Below are positions 26,585 to 37,831 of a stretch of DNA of 64,000 nt, one piece after another. Within the stretch, counting starts at the first letter, position 1, and each line of letters starts with the position of its first letter. This stretch comes from Salpingoeca rosetta (lineage: Eukaryota > Protista > Choanoflagellata), in NCBI GenBank assembly GCA_033442325.1, contig JAWQFM010000010.1:511437-575436 (forward strand). Direction: 5' to 3'. A program made the translations under genes and the position numbers. The notes beneath the pieces were generated by a model. The model ran no database searches, was not told where the DNA came from, and saw nothing but the letters and a program-made list of their open reading frames with translations.

Positions 26585-27769
26585 TCAGAGGGGCTCAACA
26601 TCCACGCGGAAGCGGGCAGACGGAAAGAGGGAAACGAGGGTGGTGGTCTTGTCATCATCTGGCACCGTTGTGCCCATGGGAAAGCGAAGGCGGTGGGTGG
26701 TGGGCAGGAACCCGAGCGAGCCAACATATGTCTCCAGCTCCCCAACCGTCGCATCGTTGTGAAAGCGGCGGGTGATGTTGTTGTTGTTCGGCGCGCGCAC
26801 GCGCACCATGACGCACTGCTGCCCCTGCGGTGGTTCATCGCGCACCTGCTGCGCAAGCGCGTCCTTCATCTCATCCTGCGCCCGCTGCACCTCTGCCTGT
26901 GCTTCCTGCTCCTCCCTGCGCCTTGCTGCCTCATCCTCCCTCTCCTTCTCCTTGCGCTGGTCGGCCTCCAGCGATGCCCGGTACGCCTCATCTTGCTCGT
27001 CACGCAGCCGCTGTGCCTCTGAGCGGGGCCCGCCGTCACCGCTGTCGCCGTGTCCAGCGGCATCGCCTCCCTGCGCAGCGTCGTCGATGGTCTGCGACAT
27101 GACAAGCACACCCTCCATCTCCAGGGTGGACGCCAGGTCCGCAGCGGAGTCGCACGTGCTGGCGGTGATGCACTTTGTCAGCTGAAACAGCCCGCCAATG
27201 CGTGCAAGCACGACGAGGCAGGGGAACTCCGAGGTGAGGCCATCACCCAGCCGAACGGCCTTGTTCGCCTCCTCCAGGAAGCGCCGCCGCGCCACGGTGT
27301 GCGTGAAGTCGTAGCCGTAGACAACAAAGTAGCTGGTGAGGACAGACACCACTGCCGGGTCGCACACAAGGTCGGCAAAGCCGGCGTTGGTGGGGGAGCG
27401 GTCGTCGTGAAGGTAGAGCAGCAGCGGCAGCCCTCGCCTCGTGCTCTCCGTCAGGGCCTGGCGGAACGTGCCTTGCAGAAACAGCGGGCACAGCGCGTGC
27501 TTGTTCTGGAAGGCGGCGACAAACTCCTCTGTGGTGAAATCGCCGGATGGCATGAGCAGCTCGCCGTCAAACGACTGGTCTGCGTCGCCCTCGGCAATCA
27601 GGGACGCATCCACATCCGCGTCGCTCTCCGGGTCGTGCAAATACGGCGAGAGATGGCGTGCACCCGTGGCAGCACGCAGGGCAGCACGCTCATCTGCAGC
27701 GCACAAGGCATTGAGGTACTCTTCCGTGGCTCGATCCATCGCCCGCTCCCTCTGTTCTCGTTGTTCTCG

Positions 27770-27846
<77 letters not shown>

Positions 27847-29319
27847 CTCGTTGTTGTTGAGAGTGCACCATCATCATGCGGCGCAGCGTGTCCAGCCCGT
27901 GCCCCTGCTCGCGTCGCGCGTCTGGCGAAAGCAGCCAGTGCAAAGGGTGGTGCGGGTCATGTGCATGGCTGCCGCCGCCACCGGTGCTGTCTGCGTGACG
28001 CGGTCCCGCACCATCATCATCACCATCACCATCAGCGTCGTGGGTGTGTGGCGTGTGTTGCGACACCCGATATGGCGGCATCGGGAGCCGTGGATGTGGT
28101 GACGGCCCCGCTTCGCCGGTGTTGTCGCGCGTGCCGTTGTCGCGCGTGCCGTTGTCGCGGCTGTCCTGATCGCCCAAGAGCGCTGGCACATCCTCGTCCT
28201 CGTCGCTGCTTGCGAGTGGAGGGCGCGGCTGGCGCCATGTCTGCCGAAGCGCCTGCTGCCCACCCGGAATCGGCGGAGCGGGCCCGTGTGTGGTAGCATG
28301 CTGTGTTACCCGCGAGCCGTAGCGCATCATGTGTGCAGGATCGTCGCCGCGTGGCGCGTCGTCGTCGTCCTCCTCCTCCTCCTTGACCACCAGCAGCAGA
28401 TTGAGCGTTTGCTCGGACAGTCTGGTGAGGTGCCTGAGGGTGAGGTCGTCGATGGACTCCAGCTCAAAGGCAAAGCCAAATAGCTGTTGATTGGCTGGTG
28501 CCACGCCCGTCCTTGCAGCAATGCGCATCTTCAGTTGCCGGATGGGCATGCTCCGAGGCACGCGGAACTCGTGCGTGTCGTCTCCAAACTGCACAGTCAC
28601 CTCCAGATCCCTACATAGTGCATGGTGCATGGGTTGGTTGGTTTGTGGGTGGGTGGGTTGTTGTTGTTGTTGTTTTTGTTGTTGTTGTTGTTGTTTAAGT
28701 TGTTGTTGTTGTTTAAGTTGTTGTTGTTGTTTAAGTTGTTGTTGTTGTTTAAGTTGTTGTTGTTGTTTAAGTTGTTGTTGTTGTTTAAGTTGTTTAAGTT
28801 GTTGTTGCATGTTGGTTGCGTGGCGTCGTAATGGTCATCATCGTCGTCGTCGTCGGTTGGTTGTTGTTGTTGTTGTTGTTGTTGTTGCATGTTGTTGTTG
28901 GTAGAGCAAGTAGCGGTGGCGGATGGTAGATTTGTGAGTCCGCAACTGCATGGGACTGCGGTGTGCATGCATGCATTGAAGGAACAGCAGGGAGAGAAGC
29001 AGCTTGGACGAAGAAGGCGGGGTGCAGCACCAGGGACCACGCCATCAGACACGGACGTGTATGCACAGGAGGTTGGTGTGTCGTGCACAGAGAGCGCGAC
29101 ATGTGCACATGAACAAATGCACACGCAAACACACAAATTTACACACACGCACCCACACACAGTCACACACAAATACAAACACACACACACACACACAGCC
29201 ACACACAAATACACACACAACGCATGCATGGGATCTGACCTGTCATGTTGATCTGGTGTGGAGTCTGGTGGTGCATAACTTCCTCCTTGGTTGTCATCGT
29301 CATACAAGAGCGACGACAT
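26585..29319 (-). CDS. FAF1/FAF2-like p97 cofactor (UBL - UAS - coiled coil - UBX)
   Basis: Exon 1 29319-~29240 joins in phase to exon 2 28611-26585. UBL: [23 protein letters not shown]: [20 protein letters not shown]. Coiled coil: [22 protein letters not shown]: [24 protein letters not shown]. Confidence 0.88.
28660..28806. repeat. (TTG)n/TTTAAG compound repeat, intronic
   Basis: Same unit as 6598-7072. Confidence 0.9.
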
Positions 29320-29897
29320 CGTGTGCGGTTCAGACTGTCCTGTTGGATTGAATCCCTTGTTCGGTTGTGTTGCTCGCAGAGTTGGGGTTGACGTGCCCTT
29401 GCCTGTCTATCTGCCTGTGTGTGTGTGTGTGTGTCTGTGTTTGCTTGATTGCAGCGCCTGCTGTGGTTTGTGTGCGTGCACGTCGCGGCGACACACACAA
29501 ACAAAAAACCCGTCTCTCGTCGTCGTCCTTCGGCCACCAGTTACAGTATATTTTGTGGTGTCTGTTTCTGTCCTTCCATGTAAGAAAATTGTGAATGAAT
29601 CAACTTTTACGGGGTGTAGCCCACCATTTATTTTATCCCCCACCAAAACAAGGCTCGCTTTCGAGCGACAAACAAACAGCCGCACAAGCACACACACCAA
29701 AGTGCGCCGCCACAGCTTTGTTTGACGGCACAACAAGGAGGACATCCTGCCCACACGCAGACACACACACATCACCACCCACCCACCCACACACACACAC
29801 ACACACACATACACACACACATCACCACACACACCAGACACACACACACACATACACACATACACACATACACACACATACACGCGCACCGCACGCG

Positions 29898-30363
29898 ATG
29901 CCTCGGCCAAACCGCAACCTGGCCACTGGCGCGCGAGTCAACGTGGTTGCGCGGTACGTGTATCCAAGACACCTGGTGTCAACGCTGGTGCATGATGTGC
30001 GGGGTCAGGTGCTGCAGAATCTGCTGGTGACTGGCTTTGGTGAGCGCGACAAGAAGAAGAACTGCGCCCTCTTGCGGTGGGATCTGCACCCGGGCCACGA
30101 ATTCTACGCTGCAAGGGGCAACTGCCGTGTCATGCAGACGGAGGCAGACTCCCCGCGACAGCCCCGATCCCACAGCAAGGCGCCGCCGCAGCAAGCCCAA
30201 CAGCACAGGCCCCAGCAGCAGCATCAGCAAGCACAGCTGCCAATCTCACAACTGCTCACCTCTCCGCGGCCACAGCAACAGGCGCACAAGCAGCACAAGC
30301 AGCATGCCAACACAGGAAACGATCGCAATTGCACAAGCCCCGACAAACAGCGCTTCCAGCCTG

Positions 30364-30403
<40 letters not shown>

Positions 30404-31502
30404 ACAACAGCAGCAACAACAGCAACAACAGCAACAACAGCAACAACAGCAACAACAGCAACAGCAAATGGGGCCACCGCCACCGCCGCCGCCACCGACA
30501 TCCTTTCATGACAACTCGGCGGCGCTGGCAGCTGCGTCAACAGCGGATGCTGACAAAACCAATGACAGCCTGCGTCGAAGCAGCGGCAGCGGCAGCGGCG
30601 CTGGCACGGCACAGGAGCACCCGTTGCTGCACGCCCTCCCACTACACCATCCTGGCCTGCGGGCTGGAGATGTTCACCTGCCACCCATTTACGCTGCGTT
30701 GAACGAAGACCAACAACACGCGCCCTTGGCCGCCACCTCCTCTACCACGCCAACCTCTGCTGCTGCCCCTCCCGTCTCATCAGCCACCACAACGACCACC
30801 ACCGCCACGACCAGCACCTCCTCGACCTCCCCTTCCACCGCCTCCTCCTCCGCCTCCTCTGCTGCTGCTATTGCTGCTGCGGCCGTGGCTGTGTCGTCCT
30901 CTGCCGTCGTCATACCGGGCCCGTACGACGACGGCCCACACCACCAACACGTCAGCTATCAGCAGCACCAGCAGCAGCAAGAGGAAGGGGCCTCCCATGG
31001 CATGCTGGTCTCTCGCCACCAGACGGCGTCCTCACAGCACCCGCATCACCCAAGCATGCTGCAAGGACTGGCCCTCCCTCCCTTGCCCCAGCATCATCAC
31101 CAACAACAACAGCAACAGCAACAGCAGCACCACCAACAGCACCACCAACAGCACCAACAGCAGGCGCTTGAGCAGGATGCAGAGGTATTGCAGGAACAGC
31201 AGGTCCTGGCGCATACCCAGCAGAACCCGGCAGAGCACCACCACCATCACCACCATCACCACCACGTCCTCGTACACGCCCCTCACGGCAGCCAGCACCA
31301 CATGCAGCAGCAGTTCCACTCCCATCACCACGACGATGGGCAGCCAAGGCACGCACTGCCATACCAAGCGCCGCCTGTTGTTGGCGCACAACTACAGCCG
31401 TATCACCAGCACCAGCAACCACCCGCCTCTTTTGGGACGGAGTACATGCCCTATCGATCGCAGCATCACCAGCAAGAGCAAGAGCAACAACAACAACAAC
31501 AA

Positions 31503-31538
<36 letters not shown>

Positions 31539-34500
31539 GAACAGCAGCAACAGCAGCATGCACATGCGGTGGGGCCACCGCCACCGGCCCCTTCCATGCT
31601 TGAGTTGCCAAGCTTACCTCCACCGCACAGACCCCCAGTGCCTTATGCACCCGTGCCGCCTGCCCCATCACAGCCTTCCGTGCACCACGCAGGCCACCAC
31701 CGCCACACACTTTCCCACACGCGCCACGAAGCCCACGCCCACCACAGCCTCGACCAGCATCACACGCACCCACACCCACACCCACACCTGCACCAGCACC
31801 AGCAGCAACAACAACAGCAACAGCAGCACCAGCAGCAACAGCAACAGCAACAGATGCCGCAGCTATCAAGGCTGCCGTCACACTCGGAGCATCCAGTCTT
31901 GCTTGGGTTGCACCAGGGGCACCACTACACGCCACCATCAGCGAATTCCGACGTACAAGTGGACCAACCACAGCACGAGCCGCAGCCATCACAACAGCAA
32001 CAGCAGCAACAGCAGCAAGATGGATCCTCTTCACGGAAGGGTGCGCAAAAGCAATCTTCGTCACAAGCAGTTGTTAGGGCGGATCGTGGGCTGTCGAGTA
32101 AGGCGCCGCCCCCGCATGATGATGACAGCAACCCGGACCTGCAACAACAACAAGAACACCAAGAACAACGGGAACAACGGGAACAACGAGAACAACGGGA
32201 ACAACGGGAACAACAACGAGAACAGCAACAACATCAAGGGCAGCGGCAGCCACGACAGGAGGAGGAGCCAGGCCTGCGCAACTCAAGTGGTGGAGCGCGA
32301 CAACGTCGACACATACACGCGGGCAAGCAGCAACGCCACGATCAACACAAAGAGCAGCACCGGGATGCCCCCGAAGAGGTGCACCAACAAGAACAGCAGC
32401 AACACCAAGAACAGCAACAGCCACAGCAACAGCAGCAACAGCAGCAACAGCAGCAACAGCAACAACAGCAGCAACAGCAACAACAGCAGCAACAGCAGCA
32501 GCACGACCACAGCCAGGACAAGGGTGCAACAGCGTTGGCGTGTGAGAGCGGAGTGGCGCCAGGTGAACCCGAGCTGGTGCACGTGCACGTGCAAAATGAG
32601 CTGCTGCTGAGTGTGGAGGACGATGATTCCGACTGGGAGAGCATTTCCGATGATGACAGTGATGGGCGTGACAGCGGTGATGATGACTTTCGTGGTGGCC
32701 GCAACCACGATGAGGATCATGGTTGTGGCACAAGCACAGCGTTTGCACATCCAGGCAGCGATGGCGAAGGTGATAGTGTACACAGCAGAGCCAGTGGCTC
32801 ACGCACACCACATGTCGATGACATCGGTGAAGATCAAGATGACAACGATGGAGGGCAGCCACGTAAGCGCGCAAAGCGGCGCGCCTCGTCCGCTCAACCA
32901 CCATCTCTGGCGCAAGCAGCCAGTCCTTCTGCTGCTTCTGCATCTTCTGCTGCTTCTGCTGCTTCTGCTGCTGTTGGTGGTGGTGGTGGTGGTGGTGGTG
33001 GTGATGATGGTGATGGTGGTGGTGGTACAGGTGTGCTGCATCGTCGCCGCAGAAGCAAGTGGGCCCGTGCGCGGTACACATGGCATGGCGCATATACGCA
33101 CATTACACGTGACTGGCGCACCACCAGCACCACCAGCACCACCAGCACCACCAGCACCACCAACACCACCAGCACCACCAGCAACACGAGCACAAACACG
33201 ACGATCACCGCCACGAATGTGCCTGCCAACACAACTTTGATCCCTACACATACCAACAACAGTAGCAACGTTAGTAGCACGAGCAGCACCGCGAACATGC
33301 ATCCAGGCGCCACCGACACCACGAGCAGGGCGCATGGCTGGCACGTTGGCAACCGCAATGCCCGCTTCGTTCCACACCACCGACCCATGCCGCCTCTGAC
33401 ACAGTTCCAGGAGGCGCACAGCAACCGCCACGCGCGCCACTACTCTCCGCTCAGCCTCTTTGCCACATTCTTTCCGCTAGAGGGGATCGCCGACAGCATT
33501 TTGGCGTCACCGTCACCACCACCACCGCCACCATCATCATCTTCACCACTGTCATCGTCGTCACACAGTGCACGCACGGCCAACCCGCAAGACGCCAGCG
33601 ACACACCAACAACAACAGCAGCACCACCACCCAGGGCCGCAACTGTCAACAACAGCAGCAGCAGCAGCAACAACAGCAATCACGTTGCCTGTGACGCCAG
33701 CGACGGCAGCATCACAGCGAGCGAGTTCTCGCGCTATCTCGGGCTGTGCCTGCTCATGTCCCAATATCCACAGCAGCCGCTTCGCTCGTTCTGGCGACCT
33801 GTGTCCATGTCGCATCCGCTCACCATTCGCTCGAGCTTCGCCGACCTCATGTCCTTTGATCGGTTTCAGCACATTGCTGGTCGCCTCCGTCGCTTCGCAC
33901 TCGCACGCGCACGGCCAGCACCGCGGTTCAGTGGTGATTACGCCGGCACAAACACAGCCAGCAACACAAGCAACGCAAACACCGCAAGCAACGCCGACAA
34001 AAGTCCACAAGAACACCAACGTCGGCAGCAACAACAGCAACAACGACAACAGCAACGACGACAACAGCACCAGCAGATCTTACCGATCATCATATTGTGT
34101 GATCTTGTGGATGAAATGAACGCGCGCACGCAGGCGGCTTTCACACCGTCGTGGCTGCTTCGCCTCACCACTGGACACACGTGCGGATCGCAGCGCCACC
34201 CGCTCTCAACACAGTTCTCAGCAGTGTCGTGTGCCCAGACCGGGGTGGTGTTTGCCGTGTACTTGAGCATGCCTTCTCCCACCAACACACGTAAGGCAGG
34301 CGGCGTGGTATCGCATGCGCCCACCGCTCAGAGCAGCAGTGCAGGGAATGTGCCTGCAACCGCAGACCCAGGACGCGCACCGCCTCAAAGTGCACAGGAC
34401 GATGCGGACTCGCCAGACGCACAGCACCAACAGCAGCGACCAGGAAGTGCGTTTCCACAGGCAACACGCAACGTGACTGATATGTTGCGCAAGGCGCTCC

Positions 34501-37387
34501 GTGAAGCAAGGCACCCGCACACCCCCGCAACGCACATGCACACATCATCATCATCATCATCAACATCATCATCAACATCATTGTCGCTGTCGTCGTCGTC
34601 GGCAATGCGCAGGAATTCCACCCACCTCTCCCCTTACAGCAGCATTCGTCGTGACGCTGGTGGCACTGACACACACGCAGGCAGCAGGGCCTTTGCTCGC
34701 AAGCGGCTGTCGCCGTCACAGCTTGCCCTGCGCGCGTTGCTGGCCGCGGGGGTGCCGGTGTCCCTTTCACCAGCACGACAAAGCGCAGCGGCTGTCACAC
34801 CTAGCCACAACAGCCACAACAGCCACAACAGCCACAACAGCCACAACAGCAGTGACCGTGGTCATGGCAACAGCATGAGGCATGCAGCAGCACCCACAAC
34901 CACAGGTCCCCACAGCGCCGGCAGCAGCACGTCGTTGACCGGCAGTGCTGTTGTGATTGATGGTGATGTTGGATCGCTTGAGTTGCTGGCGGCGTTGCGG
35001 CGGGCAGGTATCTTTGGTGTGACGCCGATTCGAAGCAGCAACATGCGATGGAGTCGCGCGCTTCCTGTTGCCCAGCTCAAGGCCGATGCTGTTACCCTCG
35101 CCCCTGGACAATGCATCGCACGCGTTGGAAGCGTGGGCGGTGAGGGCGTGTATGTGGCTGCTGTGCGCGGCGTGTCGCACGTGTGCATGCTGGCGTCAAC
35201 CTTTGGCACCACCTCCTACCGTGCAGACACGCACCATCATCAGCAGCACCATGATGGCGATGCTATCCCTACGGGTGCCGTTGGGGATGCCCCCTTTCCA
35301 TCGCAGCTGTCACGACCGCCACTACCGCCCTTGCCCCCAGCGCAGCCACCACATCATCACCACCAGCACCACCAGAAGCAGCACCACCAGCACCAGCGCC
35401 ACCACCATCAACAGCCGCAGCCCGCCACGCTGGATGTTCGGGGCTTTGGCGATGAAGAGCGAGCACAGGGTGGCGAGGACCACACTGCGACTTCACTCTC
35501 CCACAACAACCTCCACCACATACACACCAGCACCAGCACCACCAATATCAGCAGCACCAGCAGCCACCACAGCAAGAACAGCAACAACAAGAACAGCCCA
35601 GCCTCGGCACAGTATATACAGGCATGAGGCATGCAGCAGCACCCACAACCACAGGTCCCCACAGCGCCGGCAGCAGCACGTCGTTGACCGGCAGTGCTGT
35701 TGTGATTGATGGTGATGTTGGATCGCTTGAGTTGCTGGCGGCGTTGCGGCGGGCAGGTATCTTTGGTGTGACGCCGATTCGAAGCAGCAACATGCGATGG
35801 AGTCGCGCGCTTCCTGTTGCCCAGCTCAAGGCCGATGCTGTTACCCTCGCCCCTGGACAATGCATCGCACGCGTTGGAAGCGTGGGCGGTGAGGGCGTGT
35901 ATGTGGCTGCTGTGCGCGGCGTGTCGCACGTGTGCATGCTGGCGTCAACCTTTGGCACCACCTCCTACCGTGCAGACACGCACCATCATCAGCAGCACCA
36001 TGATGGCGATGCTATCCCTACGGGTGCCGTTGGGGATGCCCCCTTTCCATCGCAGCTGTCACGACCGCCACTACCGCCCTTGCCCCCAGCGCAGCCACCA
36101 CATCATCACCACCAGCACCACCAGAAGCAGCACCACCAGCACCAGCGCCACCACCATCAACAGCCGCAGCCCGCCACGCTGGATGTTCGGGGCTTTGGCG
36201 ATGAAGAGCGAGCACAGGGTGGCGAGGACCACACTGCGACTTCACTCTCCACAACACCTCCACCACATACACACCAGCACCAGCACCACCAATATCAGCA
36301 GCAACAGCAGCAACCACAGCAAGAACAGCAACAACAAGAACAGCAACAACAAGAGCAGCAGCAGCAACAGCAGTTGTATCCGCACATCTTGCGTGTGTGT
36401 CAGGAAGCGCGCAGACACAACGGTGTTGCCGTTGGCGAGGCAAAAGTACCACCTCCAGCAACAGCGACAGCGCATTCAATTCACAATGGCCATGGTGGTA
36501 ACATCATGCACACAACCACAACCGAGCCGGGGGCACAGTCCTCCTCAAAATCGCCGCCAGGGGAAGAAGAAGTGATCACTGCCACGACTCGGAGTTCGAT
36601 TGGAAAGGCCGTGCGTCGTGCTGTTTCGTGTTCAGACTGGTGGGAGAGTCAGTTTTGGTTCCTGGTGAGCACAGCCATCGACAACGCGTACAAGATGCAC
36701 GTGCATGTGCACGGCAACAGCAGCAGCAGCAGCACCACCAGCAGCAGCAGCAGCAGCAAAGACAGCGGAGATGGCGGCGGTGCGTTGGATGCGACGTCGT
36801 TTGTGCTGCAACTCGCACGCGAGCTGTTGTACAGCGGAGTGTCTGAGGCCGTGTCAACCGGGATTGGCGTTGGACCTGCGCACCACAACACGGCGCTTGG
36901 AACCGCAGGCACCCACCCGTCCACACGCGTCCACGGCGGAGAGCACTATTCTTCGCGGGAGGCGGTCACTGTTTCGTCGACATCATCGTCGTCGTTTGCG
37001 AGCGGTGTGGATGCGCGGAGTGCACACGTGTTACCGCACCAGTTGTCAACACCGCTCTCCGCATCATCTGTCACACCCTCGTCCATGGCAGCTGCGATGG
37101 GGCCAGGGATGGGACCACCACCGCCACCAGCCATGGCAGGTGGGGTGAACGTGGCGCCATCAAGCCCAACGGAGAGCCAGCTGCACACGCTGCAAATGAT
37201 TCCTCTCTACTCGACGTTTGATCGGAAGCAGCAGATGTGGGTGAAGAGACTCAAGGACAAGTATCCACAGCGGCTGTGCGTCATCTGTGGGCGCCGCACA
37301 CGCTACTTCTGTGCTGCATGTGCACCAGATGGACTGTGCAAGACGGGCGACTGCTTTGTCAAGCACTGCGCCAAGTTTGGCCAGTGA
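29898..37387 (+). CDS. piggyBac transposase-derived (PGBD-like) protein, intronless, ~2246 aa once the 749-bp duplication is collapsed; catalytic triad degenerate
   Basis: piggyBac blocks in order: SPLSLFATFFP, ITASEFSRYLGLCLLM..RSFW, MSFDRFQHI, DEMNARTQAAFTPS, CAQTGVVF, VVIDGDVGSLELLAALRRAGIFGVTPIRS, CMLAST, WWESQFWFLVSTAIDNAY, FVLQLARELL, and a C-terminal Cys-rich domain CVIC..TRYFCAAC..LC..CFVKH. Confidence 0.82.
34873..36343 (+). repeat. 749-bp direct duplication inside the PGBD-like ORF (probable assembly artefact)
   Basis: 34873-35597 is repeated at 35622-~36343. The copies are identical until the end of copy 1, where two 1-nt insertions and two A>C changes appear before a ~24-bp unique junction. 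Confidence 0.9.
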
Positions 37388-37831
37388 GGAAGTGGTGTGG
37401 TTTTGTGTGTGTGTGTGTATGCGTGTGTGTTGTGTGCATAACATGTGTTGTGTGTGCATGTGCGTTCATGTACATCTCTATGTTCGTGCGCGTGTTGATA
37501 GACAGCTTTTTGAAGGTGGCAGGTTCACCACTTGTTTGCTTGTATGTGATGGAGGCGATTAGACGACAAGGCCAGCTCAGACGATCGGCATAGAGAGTAA
37601 AGGATGGCAGGAGGGGGGAGGGAAAGGAAAGGAAGCGTGTGCGAGAACGCAAGCACCACTGTTCAGATTCAACACGCAAGCAAGCGTTACACCAATGGCC
37701 AAAAAGGAAACTCTCCTCACAGACAGACAGACACAGACACAGACACAGACAGACACACACACACACACACAAATACAACAAGCGGAGCTTCTGATGATCA
37801 CCCGAGGTGTAACATTTGCAAAGCGCGTTGC

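Noticed and set aside
26585-28810. Poly-Q/QQQQLK N-terminus of the 741-aa UBX ORF
   Set aside because: That part is the intronic CAA/CTTAAA repeat; the real exon starts at the acceptor near 28611.
29500-37800. Active autonomous piggyBac transposon
   Set aside because: No TTAA-CCC..GGG-TTAA ends or TIRs were seen, and two of the three catalytic Asp appear lost.
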